The position numbers were made by a program, and so were the translations under genes. The notes under the pieces were generated by a model. The model made no database searches. It was given only the letters and a program-made list of their open reading frames with translations, and was not told where the DNA came from. From contig CAZTQL010000001.1 in NCBI GenBank assembly GCA_964615665.1, positions 7,977 through 71,976 of the forward strand: 64,000 nt of DNA, written 5' to 3'. Below, one piece after another: positions 20,004 through 30,716 of the stretch; the first letter of the stretch is position 1; every line of letters starts with the position of its first letter. The stretch is from an uncultured Woeseiaceae bacterium. GTDB taxonomy: Bacteria; Pseudomonadota; Gammaproteobacteria; Steroidobacterales; Woeseiaceae.

Positions 20004-20852
20004 TCAGGACTTGCTATAGGTCAGCGCAGTAATTTGCTCGGAGATCAGGCCGATGAGGAAGACAATGACCGACGCGCTGAACAGCAGCATGCTCATGTTG
20101 GTGAAGCGCCCTATCGTCGCAAACGTGTACGCATACCAGCCCGCGCCACTTAAGAAAAACGCTGCAGCGACCGGCAGGAATATCTTTAGCGGCGAATACA
20201 AGGTCGCGATCTTGAAAATAATCGCCAGAAAACGCGTTCCATCCCGCAACGGACGGATATGACTCTTGCCGATGCGTCTGGACGCGGTAATTGGCTCAAA
20301 GATAATCGGGTAACCATTCCGCAGGAATGCCATCGTGATCGTCGTCGGATATGAGAACCCATTAGGTAGCAGGTACAGGAACTGCCTGAACTTGTCTGCA
20401 CGAACCACGCGGAAACCCGACGTAAGATCCGGAATTTTGCGACCGCTGAGTACAGATGCGATAGCGTTGTACAGCCCATTAGCGAATAACCGCCCGACGT
20501 TGGCGTGCGACCCGGTATCGCGCGCGCCGATGACCATGTCGTAGCCGTTCTCAAGTCGTTCCAGCAGCGGCGCAAGCTCTTTCGCATCATGCTGTCCGTC
20601 GCCATCCATCAATGCAATGATGTCGCCCGTGGTCGCGCGCGCACCCGTCTTCACTGCCGCACCGTTCCCCAGGCTCTCCGGGTGCGTGATAACTGTGGCG
20701 CCCGCGCCTGCCGCGACTGCCGCAGTGTCGTCAGTCGAGCCGTCATTCACGACGATGATCTCTGCATCGGGATAGCAATCGCGTGCCGCGCTCACGACAG
20801 CACCGATCGCGTTACTCTCGTTTTTGGCAGGGATTACTATGGATAATTGCAT
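20004..20852 (-). CDS. GT2 polyprenyl-phosphate glycosyltransferase (GtrB/ArnC/Dpm1-like)
   Basis: The N-terminus is LSIVIPAKNES..VVNDGSTDDT, followed by a DGDGQHD motif and two C-terminal TM helices. The ATG at 20852 overlaps the upstream gene's TGA (ATGA). Confidence 0.85.
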   Translation of the reverse strand: MQLSIVIPAKNESNAIGAVVSAARDCYPDAEIIVVNDGSTDDTAAVAAGAGATVITHPESLGNGAAVKTGARATTGDIIALMDGDGQHDAKELAPLLERLENGYDMVIGARDTGSHANVGRLFANGLYNAIASVLSGRKIPDLTSGFRVVRADKFRQFLYLLPNGFSYPTTITMAFLRNGYPIIFEPITASRRIGKSHIRPLRDGTRFLAIIFKIATLYSPLKIFLPVAAAFFLSGAGWYAYTFATIGRFTNMSMLLFSASVIVFLIGLISEQITALTYSKS

Positions 20853-22756
20853 CAATGGCTTTCCGATATTTCCATCTCAGTTGAATCAACGTAATCATAC
20901 AGCCTGTTTATTAACCGTCGCCAGCGTATCGCTTTGATTGGGTTTACAGGCTCGTCGCTCGCTGCCCTATCAAGAAACTCCCGTGCGCCAGCTATATCGC
21001 CGGACGGTGCGAGCGTCACCGTTATCATTAGTACTACGTCCTCGCTCGGGAGGAACTCGTACGCTTTGCGCAAATGCGCTACCGCCGCCACTTCGTCGTC
21101 AAGCCGTTGCTGCATCGATGCCAGCAGCATGTAATGGACCATGTTGTACCTTGGGTGCCCCGCATATTTCGGATTATTGCGTAATTCCTCGGCCATCTGC
21201 ATGACAGTTCCTGGCGAAACAGCGGGGCATTTTACTTCGCTTGCCGTTGAATACAGCTCCATCAACATTTGCAAAGCCACGAAAAAGAGATGGCTCTCGG
21301 CCAGTTGTGCACGTACATTGTCGACCCTGCCCGGCTGCAGCTCTTCAGGCCGGGTCATGCACATGAGATTCAACTCCTGAATACGCAGCGTCGCGTATTC
21401 CGGATGGCGGCGCGTAAAATCCCTGATCGTTTCTATGGCTCGATCAGTACTCTCTTCGGTCAACTGATACTTCAGCAGGTTAGTGACAGCACGGACCGAA
21501 TCAGGGTACTTGATGACCCAGTAGCGTGCGGCCAGCTGTGGTTCGCCCTGCAACGATGCGAAACTGTACAGGAACCCGGCATTGACAAGGACAACCAGTG
21601 GGATCACTCGGAGCGCAATCGTCCTCACCCGATCGGAATGCAGGATTAAGAGCGCTGCCAAAGCCATGATCGGCCCGACGATCGGCAAGTAATTCCTGTG
21701 TTCGAAATATAGCTCCAGCGGCACAACCGTTGACTCCAGCGAATGGCCCGCCAGGTACCAAAGCACGGCCAACGCGAACAGCGGGTATCGGCGCCTCCAT
21801 GCGACAGCACCGAGCGCGAGAACAAGCCAGCCCGTCACGGCAAGCAGCACCAAAGGAGACCAAAGGCTGCGGACAACCTCGACGTCACCTTGGTAAACCC
21901 CAAGGCGGCCGGACAAGCCAACCAGCGCTTTCGACAGATACACCCACAAGAGCTGCGCTTCGGTCAGCAGCCGCTCCACCGCGTCGAATCCGCGAAACTG
22001 GATCATGTAATCGGGATAGTTGAATATGCTGACCAGATAAGCGATCACAATCAGCGCGGGCAGCCACAGAACAACGACCGTCCAGTTGCGCCAGGTCGTA
22101 CGGGAAACACTGTCCGGTCTTTGTAGCAACGTTGACTCAATAACCAGAACATATACTGGCAGCAATATGCCGGATTCTTTCGCGAGCGTTGCCAGTATGG
22201 ATGCAGCGGTCAGGCTGACTGCCATGAGCAACAGCCCCTTGCGCGGAGCGCGCACGACCAGCGCACGCGCAACAACATAGGCCGCGAGCCCGGCCAACAT
22301 GAAGAAAGCGCTCAATGTGGTCATACGCTGAACGACCAGCATCGTCGCCGTTGCAATCAGGGGCAACGTCACCCAAATGCTGGCAGCAGCTGTGCCTATC
22401 AGCATGGCCGATCGCCGCCCGTCGCCGCGAATGATGAATAAATGACGCACGACGAAGGCCAGCAGCAGCGCATTCAACAGGTGAATCGCGATATTGACGC
22501 GCAGGAATGCATCCGGACCCTGCCGCCATTGGTCGGCCTGCAATGCGAACGTCAGCAGCGATAACGGACGGCCCAAAGGCCCGGCCGTTCCGCCCAGAAT
22601 GAAATCGATGGTCGAGGTGCGATCGGAAACCGTCTCCAGGCTACCGAGATTCGCCTCATCGTCGAGCTGGAAGTCCGAGCCTAGAGAGGCGCTGTAGCCA
22701 ATCCCCGCCAGTATCAGAGCCGCCGCAAGCGCTAGCAGAGGCAGCCTCTTTGTCAC
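20852..22756 (-). CDS. GT-C-fold membrane glycosyltransferase-like protein with C-terminal TPR-like domain (TMTC/PMT_2-like)
   Basis: 634 aa. There are about 11 or more TM segments, and the first periplasmic loop carries FQLDDEANL, a DD motif typical of GT-C enzymes. The soluble C-terminal third is helical-repeat. The GTG start overlaps the oadB stop (GTGA). Confidence 0.6.
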   Translation of the reverse strand: MTKRLPLLALAAALILAGIGYSASLGSDFQLDDEANLGSLETVSDRTSTIDFILGGTAGPLGRPLSLLTFALQADQWRQGPDAFLRVNIAIHLLNALLLAFVVRHLFIIRGDGRRSAMLIGTAAASIWVTLPLIATATMLVVQRMTTLSAFFMLAGLAAYVVARALVVRAPRKGLLLMAVSLTAASILATLAKESGILLPVYVLVIESTLLQRPDSVSRTTWRNWTVVVLWLPALIVIAYLVSIFNYPDYMIQFRGFDAVERLLTEAQLLWVYLSKALVGLSGRLGVYQGDVEVVRSLWSPLVLLAVTGWLVLALGAVAWRRRYPLFALAVLWYLAGHSLESTVVPLELYFEHRNYLPIVGPIMALAALLILHSDRVRTIALRVIPLVVLVNAGFLYSFASLQGEPQLAARYWVIKYPDSVRAVTNLLKYQLTEESTDRAIETIRDFTRRHPEYATLRIQELNLMCMTRPEELQPGRVDNVRAQLAESHLFFVALQMLMELYSTASEVKCPAVSPGTVMQMAEELRNNPKYAGHPRYNMVHYMLLASMQQRLDDEVAAVAHLRKAYEFLPSEDVVLMITVTLAPSGDIAGAREFLDRAASDEPVNPIKAIRWRRLINRLYDYVDSTEMEISESH

Positions 22757-23889
22757 GACGCGAACATAATCATGATTCCGGCGGCGACCGCAGAGCCGAT
22801 CACGCCGGCAACATTCGGGCCCATGGCATGCATCAGCAAAATGTTCTGCGGATTGGCTTCCAGCCCTACCTTATTCGCGACGCGCGACGCCATCGGGACG
22901 GCCGAAACGCCAGCAGCACCGATCAAAGGATTGATCGGCTGGCTGGATATCTTGTTAAGTGCCTTGCCCATCAACACTCCGCTGGCCGTGCCAATCGCGA
23001 AGGCGACCATGCCGAGGACCAGAATTCCGAGCGTGCTTGGAACGAGAAACTGCTCGGCGCTTAATTTCGAGCCGACCGCGAGCCCAAGAAAAATCGTCAC
23101 GATATTGATGAGCGCGTTCTGCGTCGTGTGCGACAGCCGCTCGACCACACCGCATTCGCGCATCAGATTACCGAACGCCAGCATGCCGAGCAGCGGCGCC
23201 GCGGACGGCAGCAACAGTGCCACCAGCAGAAGCAGCAGCAACGGAAAAATAATGCGCTCCGCCTTCGACACTTCACGAAGTTGCACCATCTCGATACGCC
23301 GTTCCGCTTTCGTCGTCAGCAACCTCATGATCGGCGGTTGAATCAAAGGCACCAGCGCCATGTATGAGTACGCGGCAACGGCAATTGGTCCCAGCAGATC
23401 GGGAGCGAGCTGACCGGCCACATAGATAGCAGTAGGACCGTCCGCACCGCCAATGATGCCGATCGCTGCGGCCTCGCGCAGCGTGAAATCCATCCAGCCG
23501 AGCGACGTCAGCCCGAGCGCGCCCAGCAGCGTTGCGAAAATGCCGAATTGCGCCGCGGCACCGAGAAACAGGGTGCGTGGATTCGCCAACAGCGGACCAA
23601 AGTCGGTCAGCGCACCGACGCCCATAAAAATAATCAATGGAAAGGCACCGGTCTCGATACCGACCACGTAAGAGAGATGCAGCAAGCCGTCGCCGGTCGC
23701 AATTTCGACGCCGGGTATGTTGCTGAGAAGACCTCCAAAACCGATGGTCACGAGCAGCAGCGGCTCGAATTTGCGCACGATGCCGAGGTACAGCAACGCT
23801 AAGCAAACGACGAGCATGATAATTTGCCCGCCAGTGATCTGGTAAAGACCGGACCCCGTCCAGATTTGCTCAATCAGATCCATCAACAC
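22753..23889 (-). CDS. oadB: Na+-translocating oxaloacetate decarboxylase beta subunit
   Basis: The polytopic protein contains [21 protein letters not shown] and the family's C-terminal half. An ATG at 23883 is an alternative to the GTG at 23889. Confidence 0.9.
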   Translation of the reverse strand: MLMDLIEQIWTGSGLYQITGGQIIMLVVCLALLYLGIVRKFEPLLLVTIGFGGLLSNIPGVEIATGDGLLHLSYVVGIETGAFPLIIFMGVGALTDFGPLLANPRTLFLGAAAQFGIFATLLGALGLTSLGWMDFTLREAAAIGIIGGADGPTAIYVAGQLAPDLLGPIAVAAYSYMALVPLIQPPIMRLLTTKAERRIEMVQLREVSKAERIIFPLLLLLLVALLLPSAAPLLGMLAFGNLMRECGVVERLSHTTQNALINIVTIFLGLAVGSKLSAEQFLVPSTLGILVLGMVAFAIGTASGVLMGKALNKISSQPINPLIGAAGVSAVPMASRVANKVGLEANPQNILLMHAMGPNVAGVIGSAVAAGIMIMFAS

Positions 23890-23897
23890 CGCCGTAA

Positions 23898-25673
23898 TCA
23901 GCCAATCGCCACGAGGGCGTCGCCAACAGCAACGTTGTCACCCTCATTGACGTAGACATCAGTGATCGTGCCCGAGCGCGGCGCGCTTACGACGGTCTCC
24001 ATCTTCATGGCCTCTACGACGAGTAAGGGATCTCCCTCGCTGACCGTCGCGCCCACGGTCGCATGCACTTTGAAAATATTTCCGGCTAGCACCGCCTTCA
24101 CTGCCTCTCCTGAGGCCGGCGCCGCCGCAGCGGGCTGAGACGCAGCACCGACGTCGGCCAGCTGGCCGCTCTCCGCCACTTCTACGGTGAATGCCTTCCC
24201 GTTAACTCGCACGGAATAGACGCCGGTGCCAGAACTCGGTGCCGCAGGCGCCGGCGGCGCCGGCGGCGCCACGATCTCACCGGTCGGGACCGGCTCGAAT
24301 GCGTCCGGGTTATCGCGGTTCTCCAGAAACTTGGTGCCGATTTGCGGAAACAGTGCATACGTCAGTACATCATCGACAACGGCGTCCGCCAGGCGGATGC
24401 CACGTTCCCTGGCAAGGCTCGTGAGCTCGCCAGTCTGATTTTCCAACTCGGGTTCCAGCAGGTCAGCTGGGCGACAGGTTATGGGCTCCGCGCCGTCGAG
24501 AACCTGCGCCTGCAGCTCGGCATTCATCGGTGCCGGTGTCGCCCCGTACTCGCCTTTGAGAATACCGGCAGTCTCTTTCGTGATATTCGAATAACGCGCA
24601 CCAGACATCGCATTGATGACGGCTTGCGTACCAACGATCTGTGATGTCGGTGTCACCAACGGCAGCATGCCAAGGTCCTTGCGGACCCGTGGGATTTCCT
24701 CCAGCACTTCGTCGAGTTTGTCCGTTGCGTTCTGCTCGCGCAGCTGACTCTCCAGGTTGGTCAGCATGCCGCCCGGTACCTGAGCGACCAGGATGCGCGA
24801 GTCGACGCCTTTGAGCGAGCCTTCGAATTTCGCGTACTTCTTGCGCACCTCGCGAAAATACGTGGCGATTTCCTCGAGCAGGTTGATATCAAGGCCGGTG
24901 TCGCGATCGGTTCCCTCGAGAATCGCCACCAGCGATTCTGTCGGCGAATGGCCGTAAGTCATGCTCATCGACGACACGGCTGTGTCGATATTGTCGATCC
25001 CGGCTTCGACAGCTTTCACGCAGGTTGCGGTAGAGAGACCGGTGGTCGCATGACACTGCATGTGAATCGGAATATCGACCGCTTGCTTCAGACGGCTGAC
25101 AAGCTCGAAAGCAACGTACGGCCGCAGCAGGCCTGCCATGTCCTTAATGCAGATCGAATGCGCACCCATGTCTTCAATGCGGCGACCCAGATCAACCCAC
25201 AGATCAACAGTATGTACTTCACTAACCGTGTAAGAAATCGTCCCTTGCGCGTGCTTGCCAACGGCGAGCGTCGCTTTCACCGCTGTCTCAAGATTTCTGA
25301 GGTCGTTCAGGGCATCGAAAATACGAAACACATCGACGCCATTTACAGCACAGCGCTCGACGAATTTCTCAACGAGGTCGTCAGCGTAATGTCGATAGCC
25401 CAGTATGTTCTGACCGCGAAACAACATTTGCTGCGGCGTATTCGGCATGGCTGCTTTCAAGCGTCGAATGCGCTCCCAGGGATCCTCACCCAGGTAGCGA
25501 ATACACGCATCGAAGGTTGCACCGCCCCACGACTCGATTGACCAGAAGCCAACCTGATCCAGCTTGCTCGCGATCGGCAGCATATCGTCGATTCGCATGC
25601 GGGTTGCCAACAAGCTTTGGTGCGCGTCTCGCAGCGCCAGTTCGGTAATACCGAGAGGATTCTTATTGCTCAT
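23898..25673 (-). CDS. oadA: oxaloacetate decarboxylase alpha subunit (carboxyltransferase plus biotin carrier)
   Basis: 591 aa. The N-terminal carboxyltransferase region is [14 protein letters not shown] Pro/Ala linker follows. The C-terminal biotinyl domain carries EAMKMET. Confidence 0.95.
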   Translation of the reverse strand: MSNKNPLGITELALRDAHQSLLATRMRIDDMLPIASKLDQVGFWSIESWGGATFDACIRYLGEDPWERIRRLKAAMPNTPQQMLFRGQNILGYRHYADDLVEKFVERCAVNGVDVFRIFDALNDLRNLETAVKATLAVGKHAQGTISYTVSEVHTVDLWVDLGRRIEDMGAHSICIKDMAGLLRPYVAFELVSRLKQAVDIPIHMQCHATTGLSTATCVKAVEAGIDNIDTAVSSMSMTYGHSPTESLVAILEGTDRDTGLDINLLEEIATYFREVRKKYAKFEGSLKGVDSRILVAQVPGGMLTNLESQLREQNATDKLDEVLEEIPRVRKDLGMLPLVTPTSQIVGTQAVINAMSGARYSNITKETAGILKGEYGATPAPMNAELQAQVLDGAEPITCRPADLLEPELENQTGELTSLARERGIRLADAVVDDVLTYALFPQIGTKFLENRDNPDAFEPVPTGEIVAPPAPPAPAAPSSGTGVYSVRVNGKAFTVEVAESGQLADVGAASQPAAAAPASGEAVKAVLAGNIFKVHATVGATVSEGDPLLVVEAMKMETVVSAPRSGTITDVYVNEGDNVAVGDALVAIG

Positions 25674-25699
25674 CGTTGCTTGTCTTTTGGTTGCAGAAA

Positions 25700-25921
25700 T
25701 TAGTGCGTTGAAGTTCGCGCCTTGCGGTGCTGGTTGATGGCCGCCGTGATCGCAGCAACCTCTTCATCCGTGGCGCCGGCAGTCTCGGCAGCCGGAGTCA
25801 GCTGCTTCACGACCAGCGCCATGAGGGATATCGCTGCAACCAGAATGGTCAGGAATAAGAACACGGTTCCCATGCCAACGAGCATGAGTGTTAGTCCCTG
25901 ATCAAGCAGAGTGGGTTGCAT
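25700..25921 (-). CDS. oadG: oxaloacetate decarboxylase gamma subunit
   Basis: ATG at 25921 gives [28 protein letters not shown], a single TM helix typical of OadG. The gene sits directly upstream of oadA. Confidence 0.7.
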   Translation of the reverse strand: MQPTLLDQGLTLMLVGMGTVFLFLTILVAAISLMALVVKQLTPAAETAGATDEEVAAITAAINQHRKARTSTH

Positions 25922-26011
25922 CGAGGCTCCAGAGGAAAGCTGAGAGCGCTTGATTATACTGAAACTGCCGTTCCAACATAGCGTCCTCGGCAATTGAGAT
26001 CGCGGCAGGCC

Positions 26012-26719
26012 CTAAAGCCCGATCAATGTTATTGCCAGGCCACACGCCGCAACAGACGCGCCGGCAACCGCGTGCTCCCAGCGCCCGATTGCTGGCAGCT
26101 TCAGCTTGTCGAGGCCAATGCGGGTAACGGCGACAGCCGCCAGCATGGTGGCGAGCGTCACGACACTAAACACCAGCGCAACCCACAAGACCAGCGCACC
26201 GCTCTGCCGGGCCGCCGGATACATGAAAAGCGGTATCAGCGCCTCGCAGGGGCCAAGCACGAAAATGATAAAAATCGCCCATGGAGTAAGCGAGCCTCGC
26301 TTATTAAGGTCGTGCACGTGAGTGTGCTCGTCGTGGTGATCATGCTGATGTTCGTGGACAACATCGTCATGGACATGGACGTGCGAGTGCGTGTGTGCAC
26401 GACCCGCTTTGCGCAGTCCCCAAGCGAAATACATCAAACCGAACGCCAGCAAGGCCCAGCCCGCCAGCCCGCCGCGCAGGCTGTCTAATGCGACCATTGA
26501 CGCAAGCTCCGCCCCGAGCAGCAAGCCCAATACTCCCAGGACCAGCGAACCCAGCACGTGTCCGACGCCGCAGAAAAACGTGATTCTCAGCGTCTTTGCA
26601 AGGCTCCAGCGGCGCGCCTTCCCCATTACCGTAAATACGACGTAATGATCCGGCCCAAACACGGTGTGCAGGAACCCGACGGCCGCCGCGGTAAGCAGCA
26701 GAATCTGCGCTTCAGTCAT
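26012..26719 (-). CDS. His-rich-loop metal (Ni/Co-type) transporter-like membrane protein
   Basis: 235 aa with about 6 TM segments. It has an HTVFGPDH motif in TM1, which resembles NicO/UreH-like transporters. The central loop is GRAHTHSHVHVHDDVVHEHQHDHHDEHTHVHD. Confidence 0.55.
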   Translation of the reverse strand: MTEAQILLLTAAAVGFLHTVFGPDHYVVFTVMGKARRWSLAKTLRITFFCGVGHVLGSLVLGVLGLLLGAELASMVALDSLRGGLAGWALLAFGLMYFAWGLRKAGRAHTHSHVHVHDDVVHEHQHDHHDEHTHVHDLNKRGSLTPWAIFIIFVLGPCEALIPLFMYPAARQSGALVLWVALVFSVVTLATMLAAVAVTRIGLDKLKLPAIGRWEHAVAGASVAACGLAITLIGL

Positions 26720-26860
26720 CGTGTCAGAGTAGCCCGGGCGATGACCGGGACGCGATACGTACTTACCTTTAGCGCGAATCCCTGTAAATCAACAGCTTAT
26801 TCGGATAATTAAGGGCAAATCGCTGTTTGAGCAGCCTGCAATCAGGCAAGATGGTCCCTT

Positions 26861-27637
26861 ATGAAAGGCTTCGACACACGACCTGCCCTGCTCGCGGTGC
26901 TCTGCACGAGCTTGATGGCGGCGTGCGCCAGCGCGCCACGGACGCAGCTAGTAACGGTCGCCGAAAGCCGCGACTGCGTTGTGCTGCTGCACGGCCTGAA
27001 TCGCAGCTGGCGTGCGATGCGGCCGATGGCCGATGCTCTGCAGGCGTCCGGATTCACGACGGCGAACGTGGATTACCCGTCACAAGCCGGCCCGATTGAG
27101 GAGATCGCGCCACTCGCCGTTAGCACCGGATTAGCCGAGTGTCGGGCTGCCAACGCGGAACGCATTCACTTCGTTACACATTCGATCGGCGGCATCTTGT
27201 TGCGATTCGAGAACGAACGTGAGCCGATCACTGATCTGGGACGCGTTGTGATGCTCGGCCCGCCCAATCAGGGCAGTGAAATAGTCGACAAGACCCGGAA
27301 CTGGCCGGGCGCCGAGACGATCAGCGGCGCCGCCGGCCTGCAGCTGGGCACGACCGGCACGGACAGTATTCCGTCGCGGCTCGGCCCCGTTGATTTCGAA
27401 CTGGGTGTCATCGCGGGCACCGGCACCATCAATATTCTGACGTCGGCGATGCTACCAAACCCCGATGACGGCAAAGTGTCAGTCGCGGCCACCCGGGTCG
27501 ACGGGATGGATGATTTTCTCGTCGTCGGGAATTCGCACCGCTACATCACGAGCAGCGATATTGTCCTGCGAAATGTGGTGTCGTTTCTGCGTGATGGGCA
27601 CTTCATCTACGAGGATAAGGCGTCGCACGATCTTTGA
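26861..27637 (+). CDS. alpha/beta-hydrolase lipoprotein (lipase/esterase-like)
   Basis: Lipobox LMAAC, HG oxyanion motif LLHGL and nucleophile elbow THSIGG. Confidence 0.7.
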   Translation: MKGFDTRPALLAVLCTSLMAACASAPRTQLVTVAESRDCVVLLHGLNRSWRAMRPMADALQASGFTTANVDYPSQAGPIEEIAPLAVSTGLAECRAANAERIHFVTHSIGGILLRFENEREPITDLGRVVMLGPPNQGSEIVDKTRNWPGAETISGAAGLQLGTTGTDSIPSRLGPVDFELGVIAGTGTINILTSAMLPNPDDGKVSVAATRVDGMDDFLVVGNSHRYITSSDIVLRNVVSFLRDGHFIYEDKASHDL

Positions 27638-28808
27638 GTGCGTCTTCCACCGCGCGATAAAGCGCACTTTGCAGTTCCCGGTCGCTGTCGACACTGGCCT
27701 GGGCTCGCGCACTGTGGATCGCGATCACCAGGTTATTGGCCGGGCTGATATAAATACCCTGGCCGAAAATACCGGACGCCGCGTACGCCCCGTCGCCTTG
27801 CAGCCACCATAAGTAACCGTAATTCTCGTAGCCCTTTGACGGAGCCGTCGATGCCTGCATCCAACCATCGGGAAGCACCTTGTCGCCGTTTTTCAACACA
27901 CCTTCGCGCAGCGCGAATAAACCAATGCGTGCGTAGTCGCGCAGCGTCGCGTTCAAACTGCTGCCGCCGAACTCGCCACCGCCAGGCTCGCTCAGTACCC
28001 AGTAGGCGTCATGCTCCATGCCGAATGGACGCCAGATTTTCTCACTGAGATAGGTCGAGAGATTATTGCCGATCGCCGAACGCAACAACGTGCCAACCAG
28101 GTTCGTCTCGGCAGTGTTGTAGTTAAAGACCTCGCCCGGAGCTGCCGATCTCGGCTTGTTTCGCAAGTATTCGTACAAGCTCACGGTCGGCCAGGTCACC
28201 TGATTGATATCGGATTCCGGGTCCGCATAGTCTTCGTCCCACTCCACGCCGGACGCCATTTGCAGGAGATCGCGAATGGATGACTCCGCATAGGATGAGT
28301 TCTTGAGCCGTGGCAGATAATCGGTCACTGCCTCGTCAACACTCTGAATGTAGCCGTCATTTAGCGCCGCACCGACCAGCAGCGACGTCACCGACTTGGC
28401 CACTGAATAGGACAGCCAGCGGGACTCCGCAGTGTTGCCGAGCTCATAACGCTCGTAGACTATCGTGTCATTCTTGACGACGATCAGTCCCGTCACGTTC
28501 TGTTTTTCGACGTACTCATCGACCGTCATTGCGACATCGTCGGTCGCAATCTCAACGACACCCAGATCGATTTCCTCGGTGGCCAATGGATATGGATTAC
28601 CACCAGCAACAACACGTCGCGTCGGGCTGATCTTGTCCATGTTGCGGTAGCCGGCAAGCTGCTCTCGCGGCGTCCAGAACAGTTCTCGCTCGGGATCACC
28701 GAAGTACCTGGCGTCGTCGGCAGGATCATTGCGCGGTGCTTCCGCCGACACAGCGCACGCGGTGGTCAGCAACGTCAAAGCAAGGCAAGTCAGGTTTGCG
28801 ATTTTCAC
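27603..28808 (-). CDS. serine hydrolase (class C beta-lactamase / PBP-like family)
   Basis: Signal peptide present. The SxxK motif is SVAK within YSVAKSVTSLLVG. The length (401 aa) is typical. The 3' end overlaps the convergent hydrolase gene by 35 bp. Confidence 0.8.
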   Translation of the reverse strand: MKIANLTCLALTLLTTACAVSAEAPRNDPADDARYFGDPERELFWTPREQLAGYRNMDKISPTRRVVAGGNPYPLATEEIDLGVVEIATDDVAMTVDEYVEKQNVTGLIVVKNDTIVYERYELGNTAESRWLSYSVAKSVTSLLVGAALNDGYIQSVDEAVTDYLPRLKNSSYAESSIRDLLQMASGVEWDEDYADPESDINQVTWPTVSLYEYLRNKPRSAAPGEVFNYNTAETNLVGTLLRSAIGNNLSTYLSEKIWRPFGMEHDAYWVLSEPGGGEFGGSSLNATLRDYARIGLFALREGVLKNGDKVLPDGWMQASTAPSKGYENYGYLWWLQGDGAYAASGIFGQGIYISPANNLVIAIHSARAQASVDSDRELQSALYRAVEDALKDRATPYPRR

Positions 28809-28821
28809 AGGGTTATAACTC

Positions 28822-30714
28822 TCATTCGCTGTCCGGGTAGAGGGTGCTCGTCAGCCAGTTGGTCACCTGTGGATGGTAGTTACCACGCACCTTTTCGAAG
28901 ATGGCTTGTGCTCGCTCGAGATCGACACCGTTTTTGGCTAGCGCCGAATACACCGGGGTAATCAGGCGGCCGCGGCCATGGCGCGCAACGTGCGCCTCAA
29001 GCTGCGAATACGCGGGCGTATAGCGCCGCTCCGCAACTTGTATGAACCAGGTTCGCGCAATCTCTGCATTGTTCGTGTCGCTTAACCCGAAGGCGGCGTC
29101 CAGTTCGCTCAGGCGATCGTTACTGAGGTCGGGGGGCAGATTGTTTATGAAGTGAATGAGCGCCTGCGGACTCCAGTCAGCGACCGGAACTTCCCCGATG
29201 GCAACCTCACCGACGGCCCAGCCACCAGCCAGACGCGCGGCGGCATCGAGGGTCGCCGAACTCGGCACCGGTGCGTCGTCCGGGAGCCCCGGCTGGTATA
29301 TCCACTGCTCGACCTGCTCGCGACTGACCTTCGCATTCGCTCCACTTAGCAGGTTTGCGTCAAGGTAATCGAGAAAGTGCTCGGTTGTGATTGTCTTAAA
29401 AGTGAAGTGCTTGAAGTAACCGAATAGAAACTCATCAAACGTGTCACGGCCGAATGCGTTCTCGAGGTACTGTAGAAACAGCTGGCCTTTGTGATAGTGA
29501 ATGGTGCCCTGAAAATCGTCCGGGTCGCCGCTGTCGAGCCGCGGCGCCAGCGCCTGCATCGGTAACGGCACATTCTCAAAGTCGAGGAGCAACTCCTCGT
29601 ACGATATAACGCGCTCTTCGTCGGCGCGGTCTTTATCGTAAATAACCTCCATCAGCCGCGATTCGAGGTAGCTTGTAACGCCTTCGTTCAGCCAACCGTC
29701 ACGCCAGGTAGCGTTGGTCACGAGGTTTCCGGACCACGAGTGCGCCAGTTCGTGGGCGATCACCGCAACAAGACTGCGATCCCCTGCAAGCAAACTCGGC
29801 GTAATAAACGACAGCCGCGGGTTCTCCATGCCGCCGTAGGGGAAACTGGGTGGTAACACGAGCAAGTCGTAGCGACCCCACTCATACGGCCCGAATAACT
29901 CTTCCGCCTGCTCGAGCATGTCTTGAGTGTCGGCGAATTCGTAGACCGAGGCTTCCAGGAGCTCGGGCTCGGCATAGACGCCGGTTTGCGCACCTAACGG
30001 TGCGAAATAGATATTGCCAACAGCAATAGCCAACAGGTAGGAAGGAATCGGTTGCGGCATCTCGAACAGGTAGCTGCCATCACGGGGCGCCAGCGGATCG
30101 TTATCGGCACTCATCACAGCCAGCAAGTTCTCAGCTGTCGTTATCGTGGCCTCGTAAGTCATTCTGACCGCCGGCGTATCCTGCAGGGGCACCCAGCTGC
30201 GCGCATGAATGGCCTGTGACTGCGAGAACATCATTGGGTGATTGCCACCGGCCGTTAGCTCGGGCGGCAACCATTGCAACGCAGTGGATTGCGGGCTGGT
30301 CGCGTAGGCGATCTCGAGACTAAACGCATCGGCACTCGCCATGTTATCCGGCAACTGGATGACAAGCGGCGTGCCAATTATCGTGTCGGCGTTGCCAAAT
30401 CGATACTTCGCAGGCAGCGGTGAGTTTTCCGACGAAAATGCCAGGACGCTCGTGATGCTGAGATCACGTGTGTCCAGAATAACTTCCGTAGCGTCCGGAT
30501 CTAGCCTGCGTAGATCCAGACGCGCCTTGCCCAGCAGCCGTCGCGACTCGAAATCAACCACCAAATCGAGTACCAGGTGATCGGTGACAAACTGCCCCGT
30601 GTTCGCAAACGAGAAATAGTCACGCGCCGGATCGTAGCCATCGCTGGTCGGCTCATCGCGTGCGCAGGCCGACGTCAGCAACAGTGTGGCAATCAATAGT
30701 CCGAAACGACTCAA
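28822..30714 (-). CDS. M1-family zinc aminopeptidase (leukotriene A4 hydrolase-like), lipoprotein
   Basis: Lipobox LLTSAC, GGMEN exopeptidase motif, and HELAHSWSGN...WLNEG (HExxH-x18-E). Confidence 0.88.
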   Translation of the reverse strand: MSRFGLLIATLLLTSACARDEPTSDGYDPARDYFSFANTGQFVTDHLVLDLVVDFESRRLLGKARLDLRRLDPDATEVILDTRDLSITSVLAFSSENSPLPAKYRFGNADTIIGTPLVIQLPDNMASADAFSLEIAYATSPQSTALQWLPPELTAGGNHPMMFSQSQAIHARSWVPLQDTPAVRMTYEATITTAENLLAVMSADNDPLAPRDGSYLFEMPQPIPSYLLAIAVGNIYFAPLGAQTGVYAEPELLEASVYEFADTQDMLEQAEELFGPYEWGRYDLLVLPPSFPYGGMENPRLSFITPSLLAGDRSLVAVIAHELAHSWSGNLVTNATWRDGWLNEGVTSYLESRLMEVIYDKDRADEERVISYEELLLDFENVPLPMQALAPRLDSGDPDDFQGTIHYHKGQLFLQYLENAFGRDTFDEFLFGYFKHFTFKTITTEHFLDYLDANLLSGANAKVSREQVEQWIYQPGLPDDAPVPSSATLDAAARLAGGWAVGEVAIGEVPVADWSPQALIHFINNLPPDLSNDRLSELDAAFGLSDTNNAEIARTWFIQVAERRYTPAYSQLEAHVARHGRGRLITPVYSALAKNGVDLERAQAIFEKVRGNYHPQVTNWLTSTLYPDSE

Positions 30715-30716
30715 TC

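Noticed and set aside
27603-27637. 35-bp 3' overlap of the convergent hydrolase genes as a possible mis-call
   Set aside because: Both ORFs carry family motifs to near their ends (THSIGG hydrolase; SxxK serine hydrolase). Short convergent overlaps occur naturally, so both calls were kept.
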